A DNA stretch of 64,000 nucleotides from a bacterium (GCA_021806615.1 JAJZRB010000001.1:79024-143023); one strand, 5' to 3'; counted from the first letter of the stretch, positions 1 through 10,366 are shown. Translations and numbers: made by a program. The notes: generated by a model from the letters alone, not told the origin.

Positions 1-1
1 C

Positions 2-526
2 CGCGTCCAGATAAAAACGATGCCAATCCAAGCCAGCAGCTAGCGGACGGCCGGACGCTGGCGGCCGGACGCCGCCATAAGCTATCTCATCAACGATGAT
101 CCATTCATAACCTAATCTTTTAACGATACGGGCGACATCGGGATGATAGGCCATCTCCGGCAAGAAAAATCCGTTCGGCTTGAAATTGCGGCCGAAATGG
201 CGCCGCAATATCTTCTCGTTGATCTTTATCTGGCGGACTACCTCGTCTTCGGGCAAAAGTGGCAAAAAACCATGATATGCGGCAGAGCCGGTCAATTCTA
301 TGCGCCCCTTTTTGACTAAGAATTTCAAACGTTCCAAGAAGGATTTTTCCTTGGCGTCAGCCAAACGCTCCAGCAGACAACCGCTTACATTCCAGGTCAT
401 CCGCAGATTGGGATTTTCCTCCATTAAGCGCAGTAGCCGCCAATAGCTCTTATCCAGAGCCTTGCGGATAGTATATTCTTCGGCATTAGCTGGCTGATAA
501 AAATGTAAAAAATTAAGCCACAGCAT
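2..526 (-). CDS. Glycoside hydrolase family 57 protein (N-terminal part; runs off window start)
   Basis: Manual translation from ATG at 526: MLWLNFLHFYQPAN...SAAYHGFLPLL...GFFLPEMAY; GH57 HxYQP and LPE motifs; directly downstream of glgA. Confidence 0.85.
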   Translation of the reverse strand, partial: MLWLNFLHFYQPANAEEYTIRKALDKSYWRLLRLMEENPNLRMTWNVSGCLLERLADAKEKSFLERLKFLVKKGRIELTGSAAYHGFLPLLPEDEVVRQIKINEKILRRHFGRNFKPNGFFLPEMAYHPDVARIVKRLGYEWIIVDEIAYGGVRPPASGRPLAAGLDWHRFYLDA

Positions 527-532
527 AACAAT

Positions 533-2005
533 TTATTTTTTATCTTTTAAAATCTTCTGATAAAGCGCCGCGTATTTCTTGGCCGGTATTTCCCAGCCAT
601 TAGCCTGTTTCATCGCCCTCTTAACCAAGGCCTGCCAGGCTTTTTTATGCTGATAATTCTCCAAGGCGCGCACGATGGCGGCATAAAGATCAAACTCATC
701 TTCGTTCTTGAAAGTAAAACCCGTGCCAGTATGAGCCGCCGGAGAAAAATTTTCTACCGTATCGTAGAGGCCGCCGATTTCACGGACGATAGGCACGCAG
801 CCGTAACGCATCGCGATAAGCTGGTTAATACCACAGGGCTCATGGTTAGAAGTCAGCAGAAAAAAATCCGAACCGGCGTAAGCTAAAGTTTCATACTTTT
901 GATTAGCTTCATGCGAAGGGATGACCGCCAGACGGTCCGGATGCTTACGGGCCAATTTCTGCAATTCTTTGATATATTTCTTGTCGCCGGCTCCGATGAT
1001 GATGAACTGAGCGTCCAGTTTCACGAGCCGCGGCAGGATTTTTATCATCAGTTCGAATCCTTTTTGGAAAGTCACCCGCGAAGTCATGCAGAAAATAGGC
1101 GTCTCTTTATCCGTCGGCAGGCCGAAAGTCTTTTGCAGCTGCATCTTATTATCCGCCTTAACCGCAAAATTCTTAAAACTATAGCGCTTATAGATAGACT
1201 TGTCTTTCTCCGGATTATATAAATTATAATCGATCCCGTTAACGATGCCGACCAGCCTATCCGCGCGGTTTTGCAGGATGCGGTGCAGGTCCTGGCCGAA
1301 CTTCTTGGTCATTATTTCCGCCCGATATTGCTCGCTGACAGTATTGATGAAATCGGCCGACAAGATGGCGCGCTTAGCAAAATTGATACATTCCAATTTA
1401 GGATCGCTTAAGTGGGGAATACGGCCGCGGCCATAATCCTTATTCTCCGGCTTTATCTCCCACCAATTATGCCCGAGCTGAAAGATCAGATTATGGATAG
1501 TGAAAACCGTCTTGGCTTTCTTCAAAGTCTTCGAATAGCGGAAATCTGTCTTTAGATAATAAGGAATAAGGCCCGTCTGCCAGTCATGGCAATGGATAAT
1601 GTCAGCCGGAAATTTCAATAGAGACAGCAATTTTAAGGCCGCAACATTGAAAACCAAAAAACGCGCGTTTTCGCGCGATGAACCGTACAGCCGGCTATGC
1701 TTGGAAAAGAAATGCTTGCATTCTACGAAATAAACCGGCAAGCCGGGCAGGAGATAGGCACGCCAATAGTTGACGCGGATGCTTTCTTGAGAATTCAGAC
1801 GTAAGCTTATATTAGAAAACAAAAGCTCCAGCTTATATTCCTGCTTATCGATCAAGCGTCCATACAGGGGGGTGATGATAATGACTTCATGGCCCAAGCG
1901 GCTCAAAGCTTTTGGCAGGCTGCGCGCCACATCGCCTAATCCGCCGGTCTTGGAAAACGGCGCAACCTCGGAAGCAATATGGACGATTTTTAGTTTCTTA
2001 GACAT
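533..2005 (-). CDS. glgA: Glycogen synthase (GT5)
   Basis: KTGGLGDV, IHCHDWQT, TIHNL, EPCGINQL motifs; likely start MSKK at 2005 (track start 2026). Confidence 0.95.
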   Translation of the reverse strand: MSKKLKIVHIASEVAPFSKTGGLGDVARSLPKALSRLGHEVIIITPLYGRLIDKQEYKLELLFSNISLRLNSQESIRVNYWRAYLLPGLPVYFVECKHFFSKHSRLYGSSRENARFLVFNVAALKLLSLLKFPADIIHCHDWQTGLIPYYLKTDFRYSKTLKKAKTVFTIHNLIFQLGHNWWEIKPENKDYGRGRIPHLSDPKLECINFAKRAILSADFINTVSEQYRAEIMTKKFGQDLHRILQNRADRLVGIVNGIDYNLYNPEKDKSIYKRYSFKNFAVKADNKMQLQKTFGLPTDKETPIFCMTSRVTFQKGFELMIKILPRLVKLDAQFIIIGAGDKKYIKELQKLARKHPDRLAVIPSHEANQKYETLAYAGSDFFLLTSNHEPCGINQLIAMRYGCVPIVREIGGLYDTVENFSPAAHTGTGFTFKNEDEFDLYAAIVRALENYQHKKAWQALVKRAMKQANGWEIPAKKYAALYQKILKDKK

Positions 2006-2478
2006 AAACGGGAATTTAAGGCGCAAATGGCTACCGCCAAGGCATCAGCAGCGTCATCCGGTTGAGGCATTTCCTGGAGATGCAAAATCAGCTTAACCAT
2101 TTTCTGGACCTGTTTCTTAGAAGCTCGCCCATAAGCGGTAACCGCCTGCTTGACCTGGGATGGCGTAAAATCGACGACCGCCAGCTTATTCTGGTTGAGA
2201 GTCAGGAGGGCGACGCCGCGAGCCTGTCCGACAATAAGGGCTGTCCGCACATTCTTATTGAAAAATAATTGTTCTATCGCGGCGGAATGCGGCTTATATT
2301 TCTTAATGATCCTATCCAGCTCCTGATGCAGGATATCCAGGCGCTTAATGAGGTCATCTCCCGCCTTAGTCTTAATGGAGCCATAAGCCAGGCAGCTTAA
2401 TTTAGTCCCCTCTTCTTTAATAACGCCATATCCGGTATCGGCGATGCCCGGATCCAGCCCTAAGATTATTTTGACCAT
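1990..2478 (-). CDS. ruvC: Holliday junction resolvase RuvC
   Basis: ILGLDPG, AIEQLFF, DDAADALAVA. Confidence 0.97.
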   Translation of the reverse strand: MVKIILGLDPGIADTGYGVIKEEGTKLSCLAYGSIKTKAGDDLIKRLDILHQELDRIIKKYKPHSAAIEQLFFNKNVRTALIVGQARGVALLTLNQNKLAVVDFTPSQVKQAVTAYGRASKKQVQKMVKLILHLQEMPQPDDAADALAVAICALNSRLCLRN

Positions 2479-2490
2479 ATGGCGGCCGGC

Positions 2491-3210
2491 TTATGATAAA
2501 TTAGTATAATAATCGTTGACATCTTCATTATCTTCCAATTCAGAAAAGAACTTATCTATCTTTTCCTGGTCGGCGGAAGACAGTTCTATCTTATCCTTGG
2601 CAACGTATTCAATGTCAGCGGCGGCCAAATGCAAGCCTTTTTTCTCTAAAAAATCACGGACCGATTGCAAGTCTTTTATTTCCGTAAAAATGCTTAAGCC
2701 TTCAGCTTCTTTCTTGAAATCAATGATGCCCTGATCTATCAGCTCTAACTCTAACGCTTCATTGTTTATCTGCTTAGCTTTAATATCATCGCTGGTTATC
2801 CGGATAACGCCTAATTGGGCAAAATTCCACAGCACGGAGCCGAAAGAACCTCCGTTCTTAGTGAAAGAATGGCGGACGGTAGAGCCGGAACGATTCTTAT
2901 TATCAGTGACGCATTTGACGACGACCTGTACTCCGGGAGGAACGAGTCCTTCATAATAGATTTCTTCTACCTGGTCTCCGGCTAGTTCGCCCGTTCCTTT
3001 CTTAATAGCTCTCTCAATATTATCTTTAGGCATGCTGGCGTCACGAGCCCGGTCAACCGCTGCCCGTAAGGACGGATTAGCGCTCGGATCACCGCCGTTT
3101 TTGGCGGCGATAGTTATGACGTTGGCTAGTTTAGTAAAGACGGCGCCGCGCTTAGCATCGACTAATTCCTTCTGGCGATGCGTGGTGGCCCATTTGGAGT
3201 GTCCGGACAT
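2491..3210 (-). CDS. yebC: YebC/PmpR family protein
   Basis: MSGHSKW start, TDNKNR; synteny with ruvC. Confidence 0.95.
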   Translation of the reverse strand: MSGHSKWATTHRQKELVDAKRGAVFTKLANVITIAAKNGGDPSANPSLRAAVDRARDASMPKDNIERAIKKGTGELAGDQVEEIYYEGLVPPGVQVVVKCVTDNKNRSGSTVRHSFTKNGGSFGSVLWNFAQLGVIRITSDDIKAKQINNEALELELIDQGIIDFKKEAEGLSIFTEIKDLQSVRDFLEKKGLHLAAADIEYVAKDKIELSSADQEKIDKFFSELEDNEDVNDYYTNLS

Positions 3211-3359
3211 ATTCAATAAATTAAATGAAAATAAATTAAAGCTTTTTAAGCGATGGTTTTAACGCTCCGACCACGCTCAATTATCTCCAGCTTAGCGTAA
3301 ATTGAAATAAAAATCAAGATAGATTATAATAAAAATAGCCGTAAAATAAAGGAAAAAAT

Positions 3360-4271
3360 ATGAATCATGATAATTTGCCTAATTTAAACGAAAGCGTCAT
3401 TGCCGCCTTGGATTTTTTCAGCCGCCACGAGCCACCGCGCCTGAATTTAAAGAATTTTTCTTTCCCGATAGTCGTAGGCAGCGGCAACGCTTATAACGCC
3501 GGCCTAACGATTTTTAAAGGCCGGCCGGCGATTATGGCGACCGAAAGCAACTTCTTAGAAATCCTTGAAAATTATAAATCCTTGATAAAGAGCGGCGGCC
3601 TCAAGCAGGCGGTAGTCATTTCCGCCTCTGGCGAGAAGGATTCTCCCTGGGAAATAAAAGCGGCTAAAAAGGCGGGGCTAAGAACGACTCTTTTGACTTG
3701 CAGCCCCTTGTCATTAGCGGCCAGGTTAGCCGACCAGGTTATAACCTATGAAAAATTGCCGGAGCCTTATACTTATAATACTTCCACCTACTTAGGAATG
3801 ATTATCGGGGCGAGCGGCGAAAAAGCTAAAGATATTCAGAGCTTCATTAAGAAATTGCCTTTCCCTCATGATTTGAAAGCTTATGCGGCTTATTCTTTTA
3901 TCCTGCCCGATAAGTTTGAAGCGATAACATCCATGCTACAAATTAAGCAACAGGAGCTTTTCGGGCCGCATCTTTCTCTGCGCGCCTTCAGTTACGGCGA
4001 AGCGCGACATGCTAAATTCGTCAATATTTGGGACAAAGAATTGGTCATCAGCCTGGGGCAAAATAAGTATTTTGGAGAAAAGAAGTCGCGCTGGGAAGTA
4101 AAATTGCCGGCTAAATCTGAAAACGGCTTGGTCATGGCTCTGACTTACTATATCATCGGTAAAATCCAGGAAAATAAAACCCCCTATTTCAAAAAAAATA
4201 TCTCTCGCTACTGCCAAGAAGGGCCGCGAGCCTACGGCCAGAAAAAACCATTCCCAATAATCGTAAACTAG
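3360..4271 (+). CDS. SIS-domain sugar-phosphate isomerase-like protein
   Basis: VVGSGNA, VISASGE, GEARHA motifs typical of SIS folds. Confidence 0.6.
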   Translation: MNHDNLPNLNESVIAALDFFSRHEPPRLNLKNFSFPIVVGSGNAYNAGLTIFKGRPAIMATESNFLEILENYKSLIKSGGLKQAVVISASGEKDSPWEIKAAKKAGLRTTLLTCSPLSLAARLADQVITYEKLPEPYTYNTSTYLGMIIGASGEKAKDIQSFIKKLPFPHDLKAYAAYSFILPDKFEAITSMLQIKQQELFGPHLSLRAFSYGEARHAKFVNIWDKELVISLGQNKYFGEKKSRWEVKLPAKSENGLVMALTYYIIGKIQENKTPYFKKNISRYCQEGPRAYGQKKPFPIIVN

Positions 4272-4281
4272 ACCGGAGCCC

Positions 4282-4313
4282 AAAAACGCCGTTCCTCAAG
4301 GACGGCGTTTTTT
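4282..4313. terminator. Bidirectional intrinsic terminator
   Basis: AAAAACGCCGTTC-CTCAAG-GACGGCGTTTTTT between convergent genes. Confidence 0.8.
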
Positions 4314-4335
4314 ATGATAGTAGCGAATGTTTTTC

Positions 4336-5079
4336 TTAAGATCGCTTTATTTTGCCTTGATTCTTTACCTTTTCCATCGCCGCTTTGACCTTTTTAGGAT
4401 CAGCTAAATAATAATGGCGGATCGGCTTTAAATCTTTATCCAATTCATAGACCAAAGGAATGCCGGTCGGGATATTCAATCCGATGACTTCCTTTATGGA
4501 AATCTTGTCTAAATATTTAACCAGAGCTCGAATATTATTATTGCTGGTGGAAACGATGATTCTCTTCCCGGCCTTCACCTGCGGCCCGATTATTTTCTGC
4601 CACAGAGGCAGGACTCGGGCGACGACATCTTTCAAGCTCTCTGTTTCGGGCACCTTAATACCTGCATACTTAACGTCGTTTTTCTGATTATATCTGTTCC
4701 GGCTATCAATCTTCGGCGGCCGGACATCATAACTCCGCCGCCAAATAAGAACCTGATTCTCCCCGAATTTTTTTGCCATCTCTATCTTGTTCAAGCCTTG
4801 CAAGTTGCCATAATGCCGCTCATTTAGACGCCAATCGGCTGTCACCGGTATTTTCTCCTCCTTTAATTCCTGCAAGACTATCCGCAGGGTTTTAGCCGCC
4901 CGTCTCAGAAACGAAGTATAAGCCAGATCGAAAGCAAAGCCCCTCCTTTTTAATTCCCGGCCGGCCGCCCGGGCTTCCGCCTCTCCCGTCTTCGTCAAGT
5001 TGACATCGGTCCACCCGGTAAATAGCCCCTTTTTATTCCAAGTGCTCTCTCCGTGGCGTAAAAAAACGATCTTATACAT
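4336..5079 (-). CDS. gpmA: 2,3-bisphosphoglycerate-dependent phosphoglycerate mutase
   Basis: LRHGES, FTGWTDV, LNERHYG, WRRSYD, NIPTGIP. Confidence 0.93.
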   Translation of the reverse strand: MYKIVFLRHGESTWNKKGLFTGWTDVNLTKTGEAEARAAGRELKRRGFAFDLAYTSFLRRAAKTLRIVLQELKEEKIPVTADWRLNERHYGNLQGLNKIEMAKKFGENQVLIWRRSYDVRPPKIDSRNRYNQKNDVKYAGIKVPETESLKDVVARVLPLWQKIIGPQVKAGKRIIVSTSNNNIRALVKYLDKISIKEVIGLNIPTGIPLVYELDKDLKPIRHYYLADPKKVKAAMEKVKNQGKIKRS

Positions 5080-5210
5080 AAATATATGGTATTACTTATC
5101 CTTTATGATTTAATTTTTTATATTATATCATAAATTGACGATAAAAGTTTAAAAGTGATAGTATAGAATAGTCTAGCTTAAACCATATCAGCCTATCTCT
5201 TAAGCAACAA

Positions 5211-6572
5211 TTGAAAAAGATTATAATAGAAACCGGCCTGACGAGCATTAAAGCCTTACATGGGCTGGGCCGCTTACTGATGAAATTATTCCGGATTATA
5301 GCCGGTTTTTTTCGTTTACTCTTCGGAGGATTTTTTTATCAATTATTAGTAAAGATATATTATGGCATCTTTCGTCTGAAAAAAAATGAATTAGCTAACA
5401 AAACCTGGCGCGAACTGATAAATAACCAGTTGGTTTACTGGTTCATCTTTATCTTAACGACCGGGTTCATATTCGCTAATATCACTAACCAAGATAAGGT
5501 CGGCGTCATGCAGACCAGAATAGCCAAAACCTTAATGGCTAAACTCATACCGGCGGAATTCGGCGCCCTCCCGGATGAAGAACTGATTGAAGAGACCGCG
5601 ACGCCCAGCATCTTGACGGCTAGCAAGGAAAAATACCTGGATACTTCCTGCACTCTAGATAAACAGGCTGGCTTGATTCCGGAAGAAAATATAGACCAGA
5701 ATAATTTCTTATCTTTCAACGATGGCAATGATGTCATCTTCAAGCCCCTGATCACGGGAACGTCCTCGGGCGCTAACGAGAATGTGCCGTCTCAAAGAAC
5801 TAAGATCATCTATTATACGGTGCAGAACGGCGATACTGCCAGTTCCATCGCCAGCCGATTCGGTTTGACCGTCAATACTATTCTATGGGCCAATAACCTG
5901 ACGGCCTATAGCCTTATCCGCCCTGGCGATACTTTGACCATTCTTCCTTATAGCGGCATCCTATATACGGTTAAATCCGGCGATACTGTTTCCAAGCTTG
6001 CGAGCAAATATGGGGTTGACGCTGATAAGATATCAAGCTGTAACGATGTAGCGACTGGATTGAAAGTGGGCCAGAAGATAGTGATCCCGGGCGCCCGTAA
6101 GATTATAGAGCCGAAGGCGGTCGCTGTCCGATCTAGCGCCAATAACAGCTATACGGGTTTGGAGACGATACGCAATCTGATCCAGGCTCCGGCAGTCAGG
6201 GTTTCCGGCAGCCAGATGATCTGGCCGACGGTCGGACATACTATCACTCAATATTTCTCCTGGCGGCATAACGGCCTTGATATTGCCAACCGCGTTGGAA
6301 CTCCGATTTACGCGGCCGGTGACGGAATCGTGGAGATCGCCGCCTACGGTTGGAACGGCGGATACGGCAACACCATAGTCATCAACCATGGCGGCGGCAA
6401 GAAAACCCGCTATGGACATGCTTCAAAACTTTTTGTTAAAGTAGGAGATGAGGTTACGAAGGGCGAAAATATCGCCGCTATGGGTTCCACGGGCCATTCC
6501 ACCGGTCCGCACCTCCACTTTGAGATCCTGGTAAATGGAGCCCGATATAACCCTCTTAATTACGTCAGATAA
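5211..6572 (+). CDS. LysM + M23 peptidase (membrane-anchored peptidoglycan endopeptidase)
   Basis: Two LysM repeats (YTVQNGDT, YTVKSGDT); HNGLD and HLHFE M23 motifs; N-terminal hydrophobic segments. Confidence 0.92.
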   Translation: MKKIIIETGLTSIKALHGLGRLLMKLFRIIAGFFRLLFGGFFYQLLVKIYYGIFRLKKNELANKTWRELINNQLVYWFIFILTTGFIFANITNQDKVGVMQTRIAKTLMAKLIPAEFGALPDEELIEETATPSILTASKEKYLDTSCTLDKQAGLIPEENIDQNNFLSFNDGNDVIFKPLITGTSSGANENVPSQRTKIIYYTVQNGDTASSIASRFGLTVNTILWANNLTAYSLIRPGDTLTILPYSGILYTVKSGDTVSKLASKYGVDADKISSCNDVATGLKVGQKIVIPGARKIIEPKAVAVRSSANNSYTGLETIRNLIQAPAVRVSGSQMIWPTVGHTITQYFSWRHNGLDIANRVGTPIYAAGDGIVEIAAYGWNGGYGNTIVINHGGGKKTRYGHASKLFVKVGDEVTKGENIAAMGSTGHSTGPHLHFEILVNGARYNPLNYVR

Positions 6573-6576
6573 ACCT

Positions 6577-6831
6577 ATGTCTATTTTCATCGGCATCTTG
6601 CTAACTGCGGCCGGCGCTTTCTTTATCATCAAGACCGAGTGGCTGCTCAATAATTTCGGACGTATCGCTTGGTTCGAGGAGAAACTCGGTTCTGACGGCG
6701 GTTCGCGCCTCGGTTATAAGCTGATAGGCGTCGCCCTTCTATTTTTCGGCATAATCGCCATGACCGGAAGCGGGAATAGCTTTATGGAGTGGATCCTCAG
6801 CCCGCTTATAAAATACAGCCGACCGCAATAA
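6577..6831 (+). CDS. Small two-TM membrane hypothetical protein
   Basis: ORF right after the M23 gene; likely start MSIFIG at 6577; two hydrophobic helices. Confidence 0.75.
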   Translation: MSIFIGILLTAAGAFFIIKTEWLLNNFGRIAWFEEKLGSDGGSRLGYKLIGVALLFFGIIAMTGSGNSFMEWILSPLIKYSRPQ

Positions 6832-6834
6832 GAA

Positions 6835-6911
6835 GGGCCTTTAGCTCAGCTGGTTAGAGCGCCTGCTTTGCAAGCAGGAGGTCAAGGGTTCGAATCCCTT
6901 AAGGTCCACCA
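6835..6911 (+). tRNA. tRNA-Ala(UGC)
   Basis: Cloverleaf, G3:U70 pair, TGC anticodon, encoded CCA, followed by terminator hairpin. Confidence 0.97.
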
Positions 6912-6967
6912 AAAAAAACAACCCAGGCAAACCCGGGTTGTTTTTATAGAAATAAATGATTATCTTC

Positions 6968-8149
6968 TTACTTTTTCATCAGCTTCAAACCCTTTAATTT
7001 CCCTAACACCTCCGAAGAAAAAGTGTAGGTAGAACTTTCTTTCTCCTTTCGGCGGACTAACGCGTCGCCAATGAGCCCCCGGACCAGCTGATCCAGATCT
7101 ACCCCGCTCTTCTGCCATAAATGGTGATACAAAGTACCGGGTAAAGGATTTATCTCGTTGGCGAAATATTCATGGCTGGCCTTATTATATAAAAAATCAA
7201 AACGACTGATACCGACGCAACCTAAAGCGCGGAAAACTTTCAGGGAGGCCGCCTGGATATTCTTAGTAGTCGTTTCATCCAGGTTAGCCGGGATGATTAT
7301 CTTTTTGTCCGCCTTCCCTAATTGGGCGCCTCCGTCATCCAAGTATTTATCTTCATAGCTGAAAAGATCGGAACTGAAGGAAGATTCCTGCAGCAAAGAG
7401 GCCTGGGGAGCCTGGTAGCCTCTCACCGCGCAGGTAATATCAACTAAATTTTCCACGCTTTCTTCGATCAAGAGCCGATCATCATAATGCAAGACGACCT
7501 CGCAGGCTTGTTCTAAATCAGAGAAATCGCTGACCTTGGTAATGCCGATAGAAGATCCTAGGTGCGGAGGCTTTACGAATACAGGCCAAGCCAGATGTTC
7601 TTTAGCTTCTCTTAAAATAGAATCTTTTTTCTCCTCCCAATCCGAACGGCTGTAAGAGATGAATTTAGTGGTCGGGATGCCCAAGCCCTGATAAAAAATC
7701 TTGGTCAATACTTTGTCCATGGCCACGGCGGAGGAAGCGACCTCGCATCCGGCATAAGGAACGCCGAAAATATTGAATAATCCCTGCATAGAGCCATCTT
7801 CCCCTAAGTGGCCATGAAAAGCGGGGATGGCTAGGTCTATCTCCACGGATTTCTTAGAAAATAGATGTTTTTTGTTGAATACCAAGCAGCCGCGGGAAGA
7901 ATCCAGATCCAATTCATAGGCGCCGCAATCAGCCAGCTTATCCATGTAATCAATCTCACTGAAAAAAGATAGGCTGCCTAGCTTATCGCCGATAAAAAGC
8001 CTCTCTTCCTTGTCTAAGTAGACGGGGATAGCTTGATACTCCGGCATCTTTTTCAAAACTGAAATGATCAATTGCCCGGTAATTATAGAGATGTCGTGCT
8101 CCGGGCTCTTGCCGCCGAAGAAAACTCCGATATTTTTTATGGCTTTCAT
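6968..8149 (-). CDS. ddl: D-alanine--D-alanine ligase
   Basis: FGGKSPEHDIS, HGHLGEDG, GSSIGI, NEINPLPG. Confidence 0.95.
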   Translation of the reverse strand: MKAIKNIGVFFGGKSPEHDISIITGQLIISVLKKMPEYQAIPVYLDKEERLFIGDKLGSLSFFSEIDYMDKLADCGAYELDLDSSRGCLVFNKKHLFSKKSVEIDLAIPAFHGHLGEDGSMQGLFNIFGVPYAGCEVASSAVAMDKVLTKIFYQGLGIPTTKFISYSRSDWEEKKDSILREAKEHLAWPVFVKPPHLGSSIGITKVSDFSDLEQACEVVLHYDDRLLIEESVENLVDITCAVRGYQAPQASLLQESSFSSDLFSYEDKYLDDGGAQLGKADKKIIIPANLDETTTKNIQAASLKVFRALGCVGISRFDFLYNKASHEYFANEINPLPGTLYHHLWQKSGVDLDQLVRGLIGDALVRRKEKESSTYTFSSEVLGKLKGLKLMKK

Positions 8150-8160
8150 ATGATTAAACG

Positions 8161-9531
8161 CTATTTATAATTGTCCGGCCAATCATTTTGGAAAATGATA
8201 GTATCTCCGGCTCGCAAAACCGCGCCCAAGTCCTGATGGGCGGATGTCGCATCCGGATAAACTTTGTATCTGGGAAATCCGATCCTCGCGAATTCATCCG
8301 CAATATAGTTCGTGGCGCTATTCTTAATTAATAGCACTAAATCTAGATTTTTTGAAGCATAGACACGGGCTAATTCCCGATGCCGCGCTTCTTTTTGCGC
8401 CCCTAATTCTACCAAGCCGGGAGTAATGACCAGCTTCCGTCCAGCGGCGCGGCCTAAAACCTCCAGGCCGCTCATGAACCCCTGCCAATTACCATTGTAG
8501 CTGTCATCGATTATCAGCAATTTCGCGGCGGCATTCCAGATCGGCTCTAAGCGATTCTTAAGATGCGGCGCGGCGGCCAATGGGCCGACGGCTTTAGCCA
8601 GGTCTAACCCCAATTTCTTGGCCAGAGCTAAGGCCATCGCTATTAAAACAATATTATGGCGCGCCAGCAGGCGGGTGGAAAAAATCAGCCCCTCATATCG
8701 AAAAGATAAGCCGGAAAAATCAGGCAATATCTTGATATCGTTAACAGAATTCTCGTCAATGTATAATTTATCAGGCAAGTTGAACCTAGCGTAGTTATCT
8801 TTGATATTCCGATCCGCCAGATTGAGAACCGCCAACTTAGAAGTCCTCTCCCCCAATTCAAATTTGGCCTGGATGGTATTCTGCAGATGGCCGAATCTTT
8901 CCAAATGGGACTCATTGATCCCCGTCAATAAAGAATATTCTGGCTGGACCAAATCACAAATCTTAGCGATATCGCCTCTTTGATAAGCGCCCATTTCTAC
9001 GATAAAAAAATCGGCAGCCGCCATTTCCGCCCCATGAGACAAGATAAAATAAGCAATGCCTAAATCCGTATTGACATTGCTAGGCGTTTTGACGACCCGA
9101 AAGCTGCTGCTTAATATAGTAGCTAATATTTCCTTGAGGCTGGTCTTCCCGTAACTGCCGGTAATGCCGATAACTTTAGCGCGCGTCTTCAACAGCGCTT
9201 TTCGCGCCCGACTAACGACGCGCTTCTTTAGGAAATAATCGATCGGATAAAACAACAATAGAATGAGAATAACGAGAAGAGGCAGAGCCGGAACTAAGAT
9301 AAATAGAAACAATAAGGCCCACCAATGCCAAGCGTAAATGAAAGATATTATCAGGACAGCGATCAGAAACCAAAGCGAAAAATAAAGGACTCTGGCCTTA
9401 GCCGTCCAATCGATAGACTGCCTCTTCTGAAGAGACCGCCAATGCCAGTCACGATAAATAAAAGACAAAAAACGTCCGATGTCATAAGATTCTCGCTGCA
9501 GGATATAAATTAGATTACGGACTATACTCAT
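8161..9531 (-). CDS. murF: UDP-MurNAc-tripeptide--D-Ala-D-Ala ligase with N-terminal TM helices
   Basis: GITGSYGKT, VEMG, IDDSYN, PGLVELG; next to ddl. Confidence 0.88.
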   Translation of the reverse strand: MSIVRNLIYILQRESYDIGRFLSFIYRDWHWRSLQKRQSIDWTAKARVLYFSLWFLIAVLIISFIYAWHWWALLFLFILVPALPLLVILILLLFYPIDYFLKKRVVSRARKALLKTRAKVIGITGSYGKTSLKEILATILSSSFRVVKTPSNVNTDLGIAYFILSHGAEMAAADFFIVEMGAYQRGDIAKICDLVQPEYSLLTGINESHLERFGHLQNTIQAKFELGERTSKLAVLNLADRNIKDNYARFNLPDKLYIDENSVNDIKILPDFSGLSFRYEGLIFSTRLLARHNIVLIAMALALAKKLGLDLAKAVGPLAAAPHLKNRLEPIWNAAAKLLIIDDSYNGNWQGFMSGLEVLGRAAGRKLVITPGLVELGAQKEARHRELARVYASKNLDLVLLIKNSATNYIADEFARIGFPRYKVYPDATSAHQDLGAVLRAGDTIIFQNDWPDNYK

Positions 9532-10268
9532 ATATGCTTAAGAAGGGTTTCTCGGAAAACCGACGGCTGGTCTAAAAAGCAATAGTGACCGGCCTGAGGA
9601 ATGACCTCTAAGACGGAGGCGGATCGTAAGGCTTTTAGCCTTTCCACTTGGCTATACGGCGTATCCTGGTCATCGCGTCCCCAAATTAAAACAACTGGCA
9701 AGCTCAATTTAGCAAAAGCGCTCTGCCTATCTTCACTAATCAAATTCTTATAGATATCCTCTAATTCTCCGGCTTGGACATAATCCGCGCTAAGCGCTCG
9801 CCCAGCCAGGCGTCCGCGCCAACGCTTATTGACGAAGGGGAATAAAATACGGAAGATTTTAGCAATAACGAATATCGTCTTAGCCTTGGCCGATTTATTT
9901 CTAATAATCGCGCCGCCTATGATAATCAATTTTCTGGCCGCCTGACCGCTGGATATATATTCGACGGCGATGGCACCGCCAACACTATGGCCGATTAGAA
10001 TCGGCGCCTGAATTTGTAATTTATTTAAAAACTCGCTGACGAACCCAGCATATTCTCTTAGCCCCCAAGCCTCTTTCGGTCTCTCGCTTCCGCCCCAGCC
10101 AGGAAGGTTAAGCGCTAAAAGATTGGGGACGTCTCCGACAGCGGAACAAAATAGATCGACCGGCGATTTCCAGCCAGGCAGAAAAACCACCGCCTGGCTC
10201 GGGCTGAAGTCGGAGCTGATTGCATAATTGACTTTTAAACCGGAAATAATTATTTCTTTCTTGATCAT
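9528..10268 (-). CDS. Alpha/beta hydrolase
   Basis: GHSVGG nucleophile elbow, WGRDD, AGH. Confidence 0.9.
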   Translation of the reverse strand: MIKKEIIISGLKVNYAISSDFSPSQAVVFLPGWKSPVDLFCSAVGDVPNLLALNLPGWGGSERPKEAWGLREYAGFVSEFLNKLQIQAPILIGHSVGGAIAVEYISSGQAARKLIIIGGAIIRNKSAKAKTIFVIAKIFRILFPFVNKRWRGRLAGRALSADYVQAGELEDIYKNLISEDRQSAFAKLSLPVVLIWGRDDQDTPYSQVERLKALRSASVLEVIPQAGHYCFLDQPSVFRETLLKHI

Positions 10269-10331
10269 ATAAGTAGTGTAATAAAAACCTATCTTTTCCG
10301 CAAATGGTCAAAATTGCCCTATATTCCGTCT

Positions 10332-10360
10332 TTGCTCCTGACCGCTAAAAATGATAAAAT
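10332..10360 (+). promoter_or_regulatory. Sigma70-type promoter of polA (leaderless mRNA)
   Basis: TTGCTC-17bp-TAAAAT with extended TG, 6 nt before ATG. Confidence 0.6.
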
Positions 10361-10366
10361 TAGCTT

